In this document: positions 19,755 to 30,489 of the stretch, piece by piece | Layout: every line of letters begins with the position of its first letter | Numbering within the stretch: position 1 is the stretch's first letter | Assembly (NCBI GenBank): GCA_040005235.1 | Contig: JBDTZG010000011.1 | Coordinates: 57,785 to 121,784 of the forward strand | Reading direction: 5' to 3' | DNA: 64,000 nucleotides | From: Acidobacteriota bacterium | GTDB lineage: Bacteria > Acidobacteriota > Thermoanaerobaculia > Multivoradales > UBA5704 | Program-made: the position numbers and the translations under genes | The notes under the pieces: model-generated | Databases searched by the model: none | The model's input: only the letters and a program-made list of their open reading frames with translations | Told to the model about the DNA's origin: nothing

Positions 19755-22700
19755 CTGTACAACCCCTTCCCTTCCAGCTGTAGATCGACCATCGCGGGCA
19801 GCTGTCGTAACGTGAACGTTCCGTCCGGTCCGATCGCCGCCGGCTTGCCATCCACCCACACTCCACCCGCCCGCCCTTCGAGCGGCCACGAGAGCACGAG
19901 CCCGCCGGGCGGCAGCTCCAGCCCCTTCTCCGCGATCTCGTAATGGACCCCCGTGCCGCGCCGAGCGAGGCGGTAGGTGAGCGTTCCCCACGGGGTCCGC
20001 AGGTCGCGCACCGCGATCCCTTCCGGGCGATCGAGCCATGCCGCGGAAACGCCCGCCGCGAGCACCAGCGAGTGATCCCCGCGCCGCTCATAGGCGAACA
20101 GGTCGAGCGCGGAGCGGACGAAGTCCGTCGCCACCCAGCCGTGCGGCAGATCGCCGATGAAATGCGCCTGGCGCGGGTCGCGGCTCACCACCTCCGGCCA
20201 TTGGTTCCAAGGAACTGGACGCCGGTCGGCGAGGTAGAAATCGAGCGCGGAGAGCGCCCGCTCCTTCCAACCGAGCCGGAGGAACGCGCCGATGTGGCGA
20301 ATCTCATAGGGGGTGTAGATCTCCCACTCTTTGGCGCCCGAACGGCGGGCGGACAGCTCGGCGTAAAACCTTTCGAACGTGGCGTCGAGCGCGGCCTTCG
20401 GCAGGTACCCTTCGAGCCCCGCGGGATCGAGCGCGATCGTAGTTGCGGTCGAATCGAAATCGGCGAGATCTTCCGAGCCGGGGATGTAGGCGATCTTCGC
20501 CCGCTCTCGCGTGTGCTCGATCGAGGCGAGCAGGTCGGCGCGGAACTCGTCGCGGCGCGCGCCCCACTTCGCCGCGAAGTCCTCGTGCCCCAGCGCGTGT
20601 GCCAGATCGACCGCGTCTTCCAAGCCGCGATAGGCGAAGAAATCGTCCCAATAGGAATGAACCGCTTTGGCCGAATACCCCTCGTGGCTGATCGATTCCG
20701 GCAGCAGACCGAAGGCGTCTTTGCCTTTCCAGTCTTCCGTGCGCCGCGACTGGCGGAGCGCTTCGAGGTGATCGACCGCGCGCGCCACGACCGGCAGCAT
20801 CTTCTCCGCCCACGCGCGGTCTTTGCCGTAGCGATAGACCTCGGTGATCAAATGGATCAGCTCGCCGTGGCTGTCGTGCTCGGGGACCGAATCGGCGCCC
20901 CGCTTGTCGACGCAGCAAGGCACCGTTCCGTCGGCCGACTGAAAGCCTGAAAACCACTCGACGAACTCGCGCGCCGTATCGACCTCGCCGAGGCGCAGCA
21001 GTGCCACCCCGGTCAAGGCCCCGTCGCGAATCCACGATCTGGCATAGGCGCGTGAACCGGGCTGAAGCGCCGGGCCGTCGCGATGGATCAACACCCAGGC
21101 GAGGCTCGATCGGATCGCCCGGGCGATGGGCGCGGCCGCTGGCGGCAGGTCGAGGCCGACTCGCGACAGCCGCTGCCGCCAGTTGGCGGAAACCTCTCGT
21201 TCGAGCGCGGCGAAACGTTCTCCTCCACCCGCCGCGATCTTCGCCGCTGCGCCGCGCGCTTCCGGATTCGAGCCGCCCGCCGCGATGACTTCGAGCGAGG
21301 CGCCCGGCGCGAGGTCGAAAGGCCAGGCGAGAATCCCGGTCGCTTGGGCCTCAGGGTCGTTCACTTCGGTGCGGCGGGGGAGCGTGCCGGCGGCGAGACG
21401 CTCGAAGGGGCTCCCTTCGTCGAAAGTCATCGCGCCGAATTTCGCCGCAGGAGAAACGAAGAGGGAGGGCTCCCCTTCGATCGCGAGGCCGTGCTCGTCT
21501 CCCGCGAGGTGCGAAAGGCGCGAGACGCCGCCCGGATCGTTCAGAAACTGCTGGGGCGGGTTGACTTGGAACGGCCGGGCCGCCAGTTGGAGCGTGCCGG
21601 TTCGGCGCGTCGTGGAAAGGTTTGCCAGATGGTAGCGGGCGAGCAGCGCACTTCCACCGGGGACCGGCGTCGCGAGCGCGGTGATCGAGAGACGTAGGGC
21701 GGGGTGGTCGGCGGGAAACTCCCAGGTGACGGTGGGGATCGGAAGGTCGCCTTCCGCGAGCGATTGGGTGATGCTCGAATTCGCCCAGGTGATCAGCCGC
21801 CCGTTCGGTTCATTCAGCCGCACGAACGGTTCGAGCGAATAGCGCTCGGCCAGCTCGGTCAGTTCAATCGTGCCGTCTTCGGAGACGAGCATCTCGACGG
21901 GATCTTTGTCGACGCCGACCACCGTCCAGTAACTCTGCTCGTTGAGGAAGGCGCGTGGATAGGCGCCGCGTGGCACTTCCGAGGCGAGCATCGAGACGAA
22001 AGCGTTGCGCGAGGCTCCGACCGAGAGGGGCCGGATTTCCGCCCCGGCAATGCCGAATCCCTTCGGCCCGGGCTCGCGAAGGTGGAGGCGAAGCGCCCGG
22101 GCTTCGGATTCGGGGAGGTAGAAATCGGTTCGCGCGGCGCCTCGCGGCTCGGCTTCGCGCACAGGGCGGAACGTCGAGCCGTCCTCCGAGATTTCGAGCG
22201 CCACCCGTCCCGGCGCACGCCCGGGCTCCCAACGAAGGGTCAAACCGCCCAGCTCGGTGAGCCCGCCGAGGTCGATCGCGATCTCCTGCTCGCCCTTTTC
22301 ATTCGGTGAACTTTTCGTGAGGTCGAGCGCCTTGGGGCTCGCGCTCGGCTCTTGGCGGGGGACGACTTCGAGGTTGGAAATCCAGACCGTGCCGTGCCCG
22401 CCGGTGGCCGCGGTGACGGTGAGCTCCAATTCGGCGATCCGCCGCAGGGGAGGCGGCGCGCCGGAGTCCGGCCCCCAGGCGAACGCAACCTGCCGCTCCT
22501 TGACCCTCACGGTCTCGGCCGCTTTGGGCCAGGCGACGTTCCGCAGCACGTGCCAGTAGACGTTCTCGTGGGCATCCAGCAGCTTCACTTCCAGATGGTT
22601 CGGCGGCCCTTCGCCGCGGAGATCGAAGCGCAACTCCCAGGTGGCGGGCAGCTCGATGTCTAAAGATCGCCGCGCCGCCGCCCAGCCCGCCTTGCCGTGA

Positions 22701-22876
22701 AAGTCGTAATCGAGCCGGAGGGCGGGTTGTCCCGGCTGCCCGTCGGCGGCGATCGCGAGGGATACGCCGTCGGAAGGAAGAGCGCGCCAGGCGGCGGGAT
22801 CGAGGAGGTCCGCGGCGAAAAGTGCGGAAGAGGCGCCGAGGCACAGCAAGGCTGTGATCAGCAGGTTGCCGCTCAT
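19751..22876 (-). CDS. Secreted discoidin (F5/8)/CBM plus six-hairpin glycosidase-like protein
   Basis: Start MSGNLLITALL signal peptide; QPGSRAYARSWIRDG, PEHDSHG, ESISHEGYSAKAVHSYWDDF. Confidence 0.8.
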   Translation of the reverse strand: MSGNLLITALLCLGASSALFAADLLDPAAWRALPSDGVSLAIAADGQPGQPALRLDYDFHGKAGWAAARRSLDIELPATWELRFDLRGEGPPNHLEVKLLDAHENVYWHVLRNVAWPKAAETVRVKERQVAFAWGPDSGAPPPLRRIAELELTVTAATGGHGTVWISNLEVVPRQEPSASPKALDLTKSSPNEKGEQEIAIDLGGLTELGGLTLRWEPGRAPGRVALEISEDGSTFRPVREAEPRGAARTDFYLPESEARALRLHLREPGPKGFGIAGAEIRPLSVGASRNAFVSMLASEVPRGAYPRAFLNEQSYWTVVGVDKDPVEMLVSEDGTIELTELAERYSLEPFVRLNEPNGRLITWANSSITQSLAEGDLPIPTVTWEFPADHPALRLSITALATPVPGGSALLARYHLANLSTTRRTGTLQLAARPFQVNPPQQFLNDPGGVSRLSHLAGDEHGLAIEGEPSLFVSPAAKFGAMTFDEGSPFERLAAGTLPRRTEVNDPEAQATGILAWPFDLAPGASLEVIAAGGSNPEARGAAAKIAAGGGERFAALEREVSANWRQRLSRVGLDLPPAAAPIARAIRSSLAWVLIHRDGPALQPGSRAYARSWIRDGALTGVALLRLGEVDTAREFVEWFSGFQSADGTVPCCVDKRGADSVPEHDSHGELIHLITEVYRYGKDRAWAEKMLPVVARAVDHLEALRQSRRTEDWKGKDAFGLLPESISHEGYSAKAVHSYWDDFFAYRGLEDAVDLAHALGHEDFAAKWGARRDEFRADLLASIEHTRERAKIAYIPGSEDLADFDSTATTIALDPAGLEGYLPKAALDATFERFYAELSARRSGAKEWEIYTPYEIRHIGAFLRLGWKERALSALDFYLADRRPVPWNQWPEVVSRDPRQAHFIGDLPHGWVATDFVRSALDLFAYERRGDHSLVLAAGVSAAWLDRPEGIAVRDLRTPWGTLTYRLARRGTGVHYEIAEKGLELPPGGLVLSWPLEGRAGGVWVDGKPAAIGPDGTFTLRQLPAMVDLQLEGKGLYR

Positions 22877-23772
22877 TCCTTCACGCTCCCCATCAAAATC
22901 CCCTCGACGTAATGCTTCTGGAGCGCGAAGAACAGCAGCAGCACGGGAAGGACCGTGATCACCGCTCCGGCCATCATCAGCTCGGTGTCCTGGACGTGCT
23001 CGCCGGAGAGGTTCGCGAGCGCCACGGGGAGGGTCTGCTTCGCCTCGTCGGTGAGGACCACGAGCGGCCACATGAAATCGTTCCAGGCGGCGAGAAACGT
23101 GAAGACGCCGAGGGTGACCAGGATCGGCTTCAAAGACGGCAGGACGATCGAGGTGAAGATCCGCATCTCGGAGGCTCCGTCGACGCGCGCCGCGTCGAGC
23201 AGCTCGTCGGGAATCGACAGCGCGAACTGGCGGACCAAGAAGATCCCGAACACGGTGGCGATGCCGGCGACCAACACTCCGAGCCGCGAGTTGACCAGAC
23301 CGAGCGATTTGATCTCCAGGAAGAGGGGGAGCACCCCCACCTGAGGCGGCACGACGAGGGTCGCGAGCAGGAGGGCAAACAGCCGGTCTCGGCCCTTGAA
23401 TCGGAGCTTCGCAAATGCGTAGCCCGCGGCGGCGTTGCAGAACAATGAGACCGCGGTGATCGAGAGCGAGAGGAACAAACTGTTCAGGAATGCCCGGCCC
23501 AGGTGCAGGCGTTGGAACAGCGCCACGTAATGTTCGAGCGTCGGCCGGCTCGGGACCCAGCGAAGCGGCAGCGCGAGCGCTTCGCCCGCGGGCATCAGAG
23601 ACGCCGAGATCATCCAGAGCAACGGCAGCAGGGTGAATACCGCGCCGAAGATCAGCAGGGCGTTGATGGCGAGCGCGGCAAGCCGCCCCCGCCATCTCGG
23701 GGCGGGCCGCCAAGTCGGCCCCGCCGCGTTTACCGCAAGCGCGGCGAGGCGTCGCTTGATCGTTGCGCTCAC
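22873..23772 (-). CDS. Carbohydrate ABC transporter permease (MalG-like)
   Basis: ELLDAARVDGASE EAA loop, WNDFMWPL; GTG start overlaps upstream stop. Confidence 0.92.
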   Translation of the reverse strand: MSATIKRRLAALAVNAAGPTWRPAPRWRGRLAALAINALLIFGAVFTLLPLLWMISASLMPAGEALALPLRWVPSRPTLEHYVALFQRLHLGRAFLNSLFLSLSITAVSLFCNAAAGYAFAKLRFKGRDRLFALLLATLVVPPQVGVLPLFLEIKSLGLVNSRLGVLVAGIATVFGIFLVRQFALSIPDELLDAARVDGASEMRIFTSIVLPSLKPILVTLGVFTFLAAWNDFMWPLVVLTDEAKQTLPVALANLSGEHVQDTELMMAGAVITVLPVLLLFFALQKHYVEGILMGSVKE

Positions 23773-24683
23773 GATTCCTCCGCCTGGCGCAGGCGGCGGA
23801 TCGCGAGCTGAATCGCCGACGCCGCGAGGATCAGCAGGAAGAGCAAAAACGCGATCGCCGCAGCGCGCCCGAGGCTCCACCAGCGGAAGCCCTGGTCGTA
23901 CATCATCAACGCGAGCGAGGTCGTTGCTTCGAGCGGCCCGCCGCGGGTGATGACGTAGGGTTCGGCGAAGATTTGAAACAGGCCGACGCTGGTGATCACC
24001 GCGACGAAGAAGGTCGTGGGCCGAAGCAGCGGGAGCGTAATGTCCCTCGTCAGCCGCCAGGTGCCCGCCCCTTCGAGTTTCGCCGCTTCGTAGAGCGAGA
24101 CCGGAATGCTCTGAAGGCCGGCGACGAAGATCACCAGGCAATAGCCGAACGTCCGCCAGACCGAGAGCGACACGATCGCGAGCGTCGCCCAGCGCGGATT
24201 GCCCAACCAATCGATCGCGGGAATGCCGACCGCGCCCAAGATCCGATTGACCGGCCCGAACGTCGGGTGAAGAAACGCGCGCCAGACGACCGCGGCGGCC
24301 ACAAGGGTCGTCACCACGGGCGCGAAATAGACGGTGCGGAAAAAACCCCGGAAGCGCGCGAGCTTCGAGTCGACCAATACCGCCCCAAAGAGAGCCGCGA
24401 CGATCGTCGCCGGCCCTCCCAGTATCGCGAAGACCAGCGTGTTGCGCACCGCCCGCCAGAAGCGCGGATCGGCGAGCAGGTCGGTGTAGTTGCCGATCCC
24501 CACGAAGCGGACCGTCCCCAGATCGGCGATGCCGTAGAGATCGAAATCGGTGAGCGAAAGAAACAGCGCGGCCAGGAGCGGCACGGCAAAGAACAACCCG
24601 ATCGCGATCAGCGCGGGCGACAAAAGCCACCAAGCGGCGCGCGCTTCGGCGCTCGAACCGCCCTCCGTGCGCGGGGAGCTCAT
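23769..24683 (-). CDS. Carbohydrate ABC transporter permease (MalF-like)
   Basis: LYEAAKLEGA EAA loop, ITLPLLRP, TRGGP. Confidence 0.92.
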   Translation of the reverse strand: MSSPRTEGGSSAEARAAWWLLSPALIAIGLFFAVPLLAALFLSLTDFDLYGIADLGTVRFVGIGNYTDLLADPRFWRAVRNTLVFAILGGPATIVAALFGAVLVDSKLARFRGFFRTVYFAPVVTTLVAAAVVWRAFLHPTFGPVNRILGAVGIPAIDWLGNPRWATLAIVSLSVWRTFGYCLVIFVAGLQSIPVSLYEAAKLEGAGTWRLTRDITLPLLRPTTFFVAVITSVGLFQIFAEPYVITRGGPLEATTSLALMMYDQGFRWWSLGRAAAIAFLLFLLILAASAIQLAIRRLRQAEES

Positions 24684-26008
24684 CGATTTCTCCCGGTAGC
24701 TTTGAGGCTCGCTTCTCGGTCGAGAAGAAAGCGCCGCTTCTCCAAGATCCGATCGGTATCGGCGTCGAGCGCCGCGAGCGCCGAATCCGCATCGCGTGCT
24801 CCCCGCACCACCTGCTCGGTCGCCACCGCGAGCCGGGCGCCGATCTGCTCCCACTCGGGCACCTTGGGCGACGGCGACACGTAGCCCAGCTGGGTGAGAA
24901 ACGCCACGGCGCGTGTGTCGCTCGCCAAGCCGGTCGAGGTCCATGCCGAACGCCGCGAGGGGAGGTCGCCCGCCCGGCGGAAGAACTCCGCCTGCTGCGC
25001 CGGCTCGGAAAGGTATTCGATCCACCGCCAGGCGCCCTCGGACTGCGTTGCGCCGCTGAAAACCACCAGGCTTGCGCCCCCCGCGAGCGATGTGCCGGGA
25101 TAGTCCCCACCGGCTTCAGGAGGAGGCATCGGCGCGGTCGCCCAGCGGTCCTGCATCTCGGGCGGCAGGCGGCGCTCCATCTCGGCGAGGTTCCACGGTC
25201 CCGAGATGAACATCGCGAAATACCCTTCCGCGAACTGCTGGTACAGATTCGCGAGTCCCGACTGGTCGAGCGGCGGCGCCAAGCCATCGCGAAACAGGCC
25301 GGAATAGAAATCGAGCGCGGCGCGGAAACGCGGCTCGGCGAAACCACCCCGCCGGCCGCCGTCCTTCAAAAGCGGAGCGCCGCGCTGCTGGCCGAGCGTC
25401 ATCACCTGCGCCCATTCGTCGATCGGCAGCAAGATCGCGAAATGATTGGGGGAGAGCGCCCGCAGCTTCTCCATCGCGCCCCGCCACTCGGCCCAGCTCT
25501 TGGGCGGCCAGGGCGCATGCGTCTGAGCGAGCAGATCGGTGCGATAGAAGATCACTCGCGTATCGACGTACCAGGGCACGCCCCAGAGCTCGCCGCCGAC
25601 TTCGTTCGAGTCCCAGACTCCGGCGAACGAGTCGGCGCGGTCGAAGCTCTTGGAGCGGGAGATCCGGCTCCCGAGCGGCGCGAGCACCCCCAGCGCCTCC
25701 ATCTCCGGAATCCAGGTGTTGCCCATCTGCGCCGCGTCGGGGAGCGCATTGCCCACGTAGGCGGTCAACAGCTTTTCGTGCGCGGCGGACCAGGGGACCT
25801 GCTGCACGTCGACGCGTAGATCGGGATTTCGGCGCTCGAATTCGGGCACCAGGGCGCGCACCTCTTCCCCCTCGCGGCCGAACGCCCAGAAACGCACGGT
25901 AGTGCGGTCGCCGTCTTGGCCCTTGCAGGCGACGATCCCCGTCGCCGCGAGCAGGACGAGCCCGAAACCGAGAGGGCGGGTCCGGCTCAAGGCGCTCCGT
26001 CGAGCCAT
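24680..26008 (-). CDS. Sugar ABC substrate-binding lipoprotein
   Basis: Lipobox IVAC; FERRNPDLRV, VPWYVDTR, GGASLVVF. Confidence 0.9.
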   Translation of the reverse strand: MARRSALSRTRPLGFGLVLLAATGIVACKGQDGDRTTVRFWAFGREGEEVRALVPEFERRNPDLRVDVQQVPWSAAHEKLLTAYVGNALPDAAQMGNTWIPEMEALGVLAPLGSRISRSKSFDRADSFAGVWDSNEVGGELWGVPWYVDTRVIFYRTDLLAQTHAPWPPKSWAEWRGAMEKLRALSPNHFAILLPIDEWAQVMTLGQQRGAPLLKDGGRRGGFAEPRFRAALDFYSGLFRDGLAPPLDQSGLANLYQQFAEGYFAMFISGPWNLAEMERRLPPEMQDRWATAPMPPPEAGGDYPGTSLAGGASLVVFSGATQSEGAWRWIEYLSEPAQQAEFFRRAGDLPSRRSAWTSTGLASDTRAVAFLTQLGYVSPSPKVPEWEQIGARLAVATEQVVRGARDADSALAALDADTDRILEKRRFLLDREASLKATGRNR

Positions 26009-27483
26009 CCGCCGGCAAAGCCCGCGCGCGTCAAGCCGCGGCGCAGATGAGGGTTCTTACGCATCGTTTTCCAGATCAGGCCCGATCGATAATTCTCGAT
26101 CATCGCGAGGAGCGGCCCCTGGTCGATGCCCAGCCAGTCGGTGTCAAACCAGCCGACGCCCGGCACCCGGTGTCCGTGGTGCAGTTTCGCCGAATAGTCC
26201 CAAGAGGGGTTGAACGCATCGACGAAGCCGTAGCGGCCGTAGAGCGGCGCGCCGTAGCGCTCGCTCATCGCGCGGAGCGCGGGGATGGCCACCTCGGGCG
26301 CGAAAGGCACCGAGCCGCCCGCCGCGGTCGGCGCGATCGTGCCGTCGTCGAGCACGAAATCGGCGCCCACGCCCCGGCCGGCGTAGGTCCAGAACCGGCG
26401 GGTCTCATTGCCATAGGGAAGCTCCACGTCCGCCGGACCGTCGCAGGCCGAGACGCCCCAGACGTCGGCTCCCAGGCCCTTCCAGCTGCGCGGATTGCGG
26501 ATCGCCCAGGCCCGCTGCGCGAGTGTGGCGCGGCGCGAGTTCTCGAAATAATCGAGGCCGGCATTCCGGATCGCCGGATCTGCGATGCCGCGAAAATCGA
26601 TCCAGACGTGGCTGTAGTGATGGCCGAACAACGGCGCGAACTGGAGATATCGCTGCCCCTCGAAGTCGGCCACCTTGTAGCGGCTGGTCCACTCGCCCCA
26701 AGCGTCGTCGCCCACCGGGTGGGTGGTCGAGCCGAGCGCCATCAGGTAGACGAGCATCGCCTCGTTGTAGCCGCGCCAGTCGGAATGGATGAAGCCGCTT
26801 TCGGGGTGCCAGCCGAGGACGATCGAGGGCGGGCGCGGCTGCGCCCAGGTCCAGTCGGCGCCGTCGTAGAGCCGTTCGGCGAGCTGGCGGATCTCCTGTT
26901 CTTGGGGATCGGAGCCGTCGAAATACTCGCCCGCAAACATCACCCCCGCGAGCAGCAGGGCGGTATCGACCGTCGATAGCTCGACCGTCTCGAAGCGGCG
27001 GCCGGTCGAGAGATCGAGGAAGTGGTAGTAGAAACCGTGGTACGCGGTCATCCCCGCGGGGGCATCCCCAACGGGTGCCGCGGCGAGAAAGCGCAGGGTC
27101 TTCAAAGTCCGCTCGCTCGCCGCCTCGCGCGTGATCCAGCCGCGCTCGGCGCCGATCGGGTAGGCGGTGAGGCCGAACCCGGTCGCCGCCACCGAAGCGA
27201 ACGAGCGGGTCGGCCAACGATCGGGAATCAGACCGGTGTGGGGATCCGCCAGCTCCCAAAAGTAGAGGAAGGTGCGATGGGCAACGTCGTCGAGAAATGC
27301 CTCGTCGGTGGCGTTCGGACCGATCGCGCGTAAAACGCCGGCCGCGGGAGGGACGCAAAGAGCCGTCCCCCCGCAGCCGGTCGTAAGGGCAGGAAGGAGG
27401 AGGACGAACAGCGCGACGAGAGCCGCCCCGGCTCTCCGACTGGATGCGCGGACCCTCCGCGCCCGGGGCGTGCTCTCGCTCAT
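25987..27483 (-). CDS. GH144-like endo-beta-1,2-glucanase ('glucoamylase family')
   Basis: SVAATGFGL, HGFYYHF, ELSTVDTALL, WRGYNEAM, PLFGHHYSH, GIDQGP. Confidence 0.82.
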   Translation of the reverse strand: MSESTPRARRVRASSRRAGAALVALFVLLLPALTTGCGGTALCVPPAAGVLRAIGPNATDEAFLDDVAHRTFLYFWELADPHTGLIPDRWPTRSFASVAATGFGLTAYPIGAERGWITREAASERTLKTLRFLAAAPVGDAPAGMTAYHGFYYHFLDLSTGRRFETVELSTVDTALLLAGVMFAGEYFDGSDPQEQEIRQLAERLYDGADWTWAQPRPPSIVLGWHPESGFIHSDWRGYNEAMLVYLMALGSTTHPVGDDAWGEWTSRYKVADFEGQRYLQFAPLFGHHYSHVWIDFRGIADPAIRNAGLDYFENSRRATLAQRAWAIRNPRSWKGLGADVWGVSACDGPADVELPYGNETRRFWTYAGRGVGADFVLDDGTIAPTAAGGSVPFAPEVAIPALRAMSERYGAPLYGRYGFVDAFNPSWDYSAKLHHGHRVPGVGWFDTDWLGIDQGPLLAMIENYRSGLIWKTMRKNPHLRRGLTRAGFAGGWLDGAP

Positions 27484-27486
27484 ATC

Positions 27487-30450
27487 CTAGAAGCCGATCC
27501 GCGCGCCGATCTGGAAGCGGCGGGTGTTGAACTGGCTGTTCGGCTGGCCGAAACGGGCATTGGTGTTCGGCAGCCGGGGCTTGAAGTTCTCGAAGCTGGA
27601 GTTGTTGTCGAAGTTGAAGATGTTGAAGCCTTCGCCGACCAGCGTGACTTTCACGTGCTGGGCGATCACCGGCGCGTCCCATTCGAGGCGCAGATCGACG
27701 CTGCGATACGCGAACGCGTTCGGGACCAGGAAGTCGTCCTTCGCCGGCCGACCCTCGTTCCAGCGGACGGTGAACGGATCGTGCGAGTCGTCGAACACGG
27801 TGAACGGTACACCCGAACCGAGGGTGATCAAGCTAGACGCCCGGAAGCTCCAGGGCAGGGCGATCGTGCCCGAGACCACCAGGCGGTGGCGCTCGTCGTT
27901 GGTGCCCGGGAACTTGTAGTAGCTGCCCGAATTGAGGTAATCGAACGCGCCGAACGCGATCCCTTCGCCCGGATTGTCGGTGCCGTTCTGGTACGCCTTG
28001 GCGTAGGTGTAGGCGATATTCAAGGCCCACTTCGAGCCGGCGGTATACGGCTTGTCGAGGGTCAGGAACACGCCGTCATACCAGGTTTTCCGGACCGACG
28101 AGGTGACGAACACGCGGCCATACCCCGGGACCGAGACGTTGCCGCCGAAGCGGTCGTTGAACCTCGTGCCCGGCGGGTTGTCGCCGAAGAAGTACGACAG
28201 GCCGTTGTAGCCGCGAACTCCGGCGTAGGTCACCGAGGCGAGCCACCGGCCGAGCTGCTGGCGCACGCCCAAGTTCCACTGGTTGGAGCGAGGCGGTTTG
28301 AGGTCGTTCGCCACCAGATAGGCCTCGGGACCGGGGACCTGACCGCTCGCGATCAGGGAGCGCAGCCCCGCGGCGCTCTGGTACTCGGGGCGCCACTTGA
28401 TCGTAGGGCTACCGCAGCTCAGGTTCGGGCTGCCGTCGGCCGAGAAGCAGAAGCTGTAAATGCTCCACTGCTGGCGGTAGGCCTCATCGAAGATGTCGTT
28501 CAACACGACGCGGTCGATGTACTTGCCCCAGCCGCCGAACATCACCGTCTTGGCGTCGCCGCGCACGTCCCAGGCGAAGCCGAGCCGCGGCTGGATCGCG
28601 CCGTAATAGGGCTTCCGGTCGTTGCCGTTGGTCGTGTACTTGTCGAGGTCGAGGAAGTCGCGAATGCACCAGGTCGTCTGGCCTCCGACCGGCTGGCCGT
28701 AGGACCGGCAGGCGTTGTTCAGCGCGTTGACCAACGAGTCGGGCGTCTTGTAGTCGTTGTTCAACATGTTCGACTCGTAATCCCAGCGGACTCCGAGGTT
28801 CAACGTCAGGTTCGGCCGAATCCGCCAGTCGTCCTGGAGGTAGAGGCCGAGCTGGTTGTTGTCGAACTTGAGCCCCGGATCGCCGAAGCCGAGCCGCGCC
28901 TGGAACGGGAACTGCCACTGCTCGCCGCTCCGGAACTCGAACAGCGGGTTGTCGAACAGCTTCTTGTTCACCTCGTAGTTCTGATGGTTGAGCGAGAGGC
29001 CGGTCTTCATCAGATGATCGCCGTGCCAGGTGGTCGGCAGCGAGAAGTCGTCGCGCACGGCAAGCTTCTTTTGGGAGAAGTCCTGCGACGCGTCCTTGCC
29101 GCCGATGTCCAGAATACCGATGTAGTTGAGATGCGGCGTGGCCGGCGTGAGAGCGGTCGGATTCCACTGCAGCTTCTGATACGAGAAGGCCGCCTCGTTG
29201 AGCGCGTTGCCAAGGATCGCCTGATGCTTGACGACGAACGCGTCGGTTCCCACCTCGAAGCTCTCGGCTCCATCGCGCGTACGCTGGCCGCCGAAGCCGC
29301 GAATCTCCTGCTCGTCCCGCACGTTGCCCGAGAAATCGACCGTCTGCCCGGCGGTCGGTTGCCACGAGAGTTTGCCGAAATAGAGACGCGATTCAAACGG
29401 CGCGGTGAGCACGCCGGTCGCCTGCTGGGAGAGAAGCGCCTGCACGTTGGCGGGGGCGTTGGCGAAATCCGGACCGCGGAAGACGGTCGCGTTGCGGTCC
29501 TGGTCGTTGGTTTCGAGCGACAGGAAGAAGTGGAGCTTGTCCTTGATTAGCGGCCCGCCGAACGACAGCCCGCCCTGCTTGCGCTTGTAGTCGGCTTTCT
29601 TCTCGCCGCGCGCCTTGGCGAAATCATCCTGCGCGACGAGGTTCTTGTCCTGGGTGAAGTAGAACAGATCGCCGTGGAAGGAGTTTCCGCCCGACTTCGT
29701 GACCGCGGAGATCACCGCGGCGGCGGCCTTTTCGTACTCGGCCTTGTAGTTCTGGGTGAGGACCCGGAACTCCTGCACGGCGTTTTGCGGGAACGGGTTG
29801 CCGCGCGAGGAATCCTGCGCGAACGCACCGCCTGAGAGCACGTCGTTCTTGTACGACAGGCCGTCGATGAAGACGTTGACCTGGCGGGAGTCGGCGCCGC
29901 CGCTCCGGAACTTCTGCCCCGCGTCGTCCTGGTTATCGGTCGCCCGGACGCCGGGGGCCAACGCCGCGAAATTGAGGAAGTTGCGGCTCCCCTGCGGCAG
30001 CCCCTCGATCTGCTCGGGAGTGATGCTGGTCGCGATCTCGGAAGTCCGCGTTTCGATCAACAGCTGCACCGAGTCGCCGACCACCGTGATGTCGTCGGCG
30101 ATCACCTCGCTCGGCGAGAGGACGAAGTCGACCACCACGTCCTGGCCCAACAGCACCTGCACTTTTTTGCTCTGCTCGGCGTACGCATCCGACGAAACCT
30201 TGATCTCATACTTGCCGGGCCGCAGGCCCTGGAGCGCGAAACTTCCGTCCGGCCCCGCCTTCGACTCGTAGTGGAACCCGCTTTCGGAGTCCTCAGCCGC
30301 GACCGTGGCCCCAGCGAGCGGCCCGCTCGAATCGAGCACGGCACCGCGGATCGAAGCGTTGGTGTCTTGGGCGCGCGCGCCCACCGCGAGCAGCGCCGCA
30401 AAAACGAACGCGGCCAGGGCTCGCCAATTTCTTCCATACATCCCACTCAT
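27487..30450 (-). CDS. TonB-dependent receptor (Oar-like)
   Basis: Carboxypeptidase-regulatory N-domain, AVQEFRVLT plug, LYLQDDWRI, C-terminal RIGF. Confidence 0.92.
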   Translation of the reverse strand: MSGMYGRNWRALAAFVFAALLAVGARAQDTNASIRGAVLDSSGPLAGATVAAEDSESGFHYESKAGPDGSFALQGLRPGKYEIKVSSDAYAEQSKKVQVLLGQDVVVDFVLSPSEVIADDITVVGDSVQLLIETRTSEIATSITPEQIEGLPQGSRNFLNFAALAPGVRATDNQDDAGQKFRSGGADSRQVNVFIDGLSYKNDVLSGGAFAQDSSRGNPFPQNAVQEFRVLTQNYKAEYEKAAAAVISAVTKSGGNSFHGDLFYFTQDKNLVAQDDFAKARGEKKADYKRKQGGLSFGGPLIKDKLHFFLSLETNDQDRNATVFRGPDFANAPANVQALLSQQATGVLTAPFESRLYFGKLSWQPTAGQTVDFSGNVRDEQEIRGFGGQRTRDGAESFEVGTDAFVVKHQAILGNALNEAAFSYQKLQWNPTALTPATPHLNYIGILDIGGKDASQDFSQKKLAVRDDFSLPTTWHGDHLMKTGLSLNHQNYEVNKKLFDNPLFEFRSGEQWQFPFQARLGFGDPGLKFDNNQLGLYLQDDWRIRPNLTLNLGVRWDYESNMLNNDYKTPDSLVNALNNACRSYGQPVGGQTTWCIRDFLDLDKYTTNGNDRKPYYGAIQPRLGFAWDVRGDAKTVMFGGWGKYIDRVVLNDIFDEAYRQQWSIYSFCFSADGSPNLSCGSPTIKWRPEYQSAAGLRSLIASGQVPGPEAYLVANDLKPPRSNQWNLGVRQQLGRWLASVTYAGVRGYNGLSYFFGDNPPGTRFNDRFGGNVSVPGYGRVFVTSSVRKTWYDGVFLTLDKPYTAGSKWALNIAYTYAKAYQNGTDNPGEGIAFGAFDYLNSGSYYKFPGTNDERHRLVVSGTIALPWSFRASSLITLGSGVPFTVFDDSHDPFTVRWNEGRPAKDDFLVPNAFAYRSVDLRLEWDAPVIAQHVKVTLVGEGFNIFNFDNNSSFENFKPRLPNTNARFGQPNSQFNTRRFQIGARIGF

Positions 30451-30489
30451 CGTAGTTTCCTCCTCAGATCCTGCCGTTTCTCTCCCGTT

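Noticed and set aside
23660-23772. Short duplication RLAALAVNA / RLAALAINA at the permease N-terminus
   Set aside because: Real but minor local duplication with no evident consequence.
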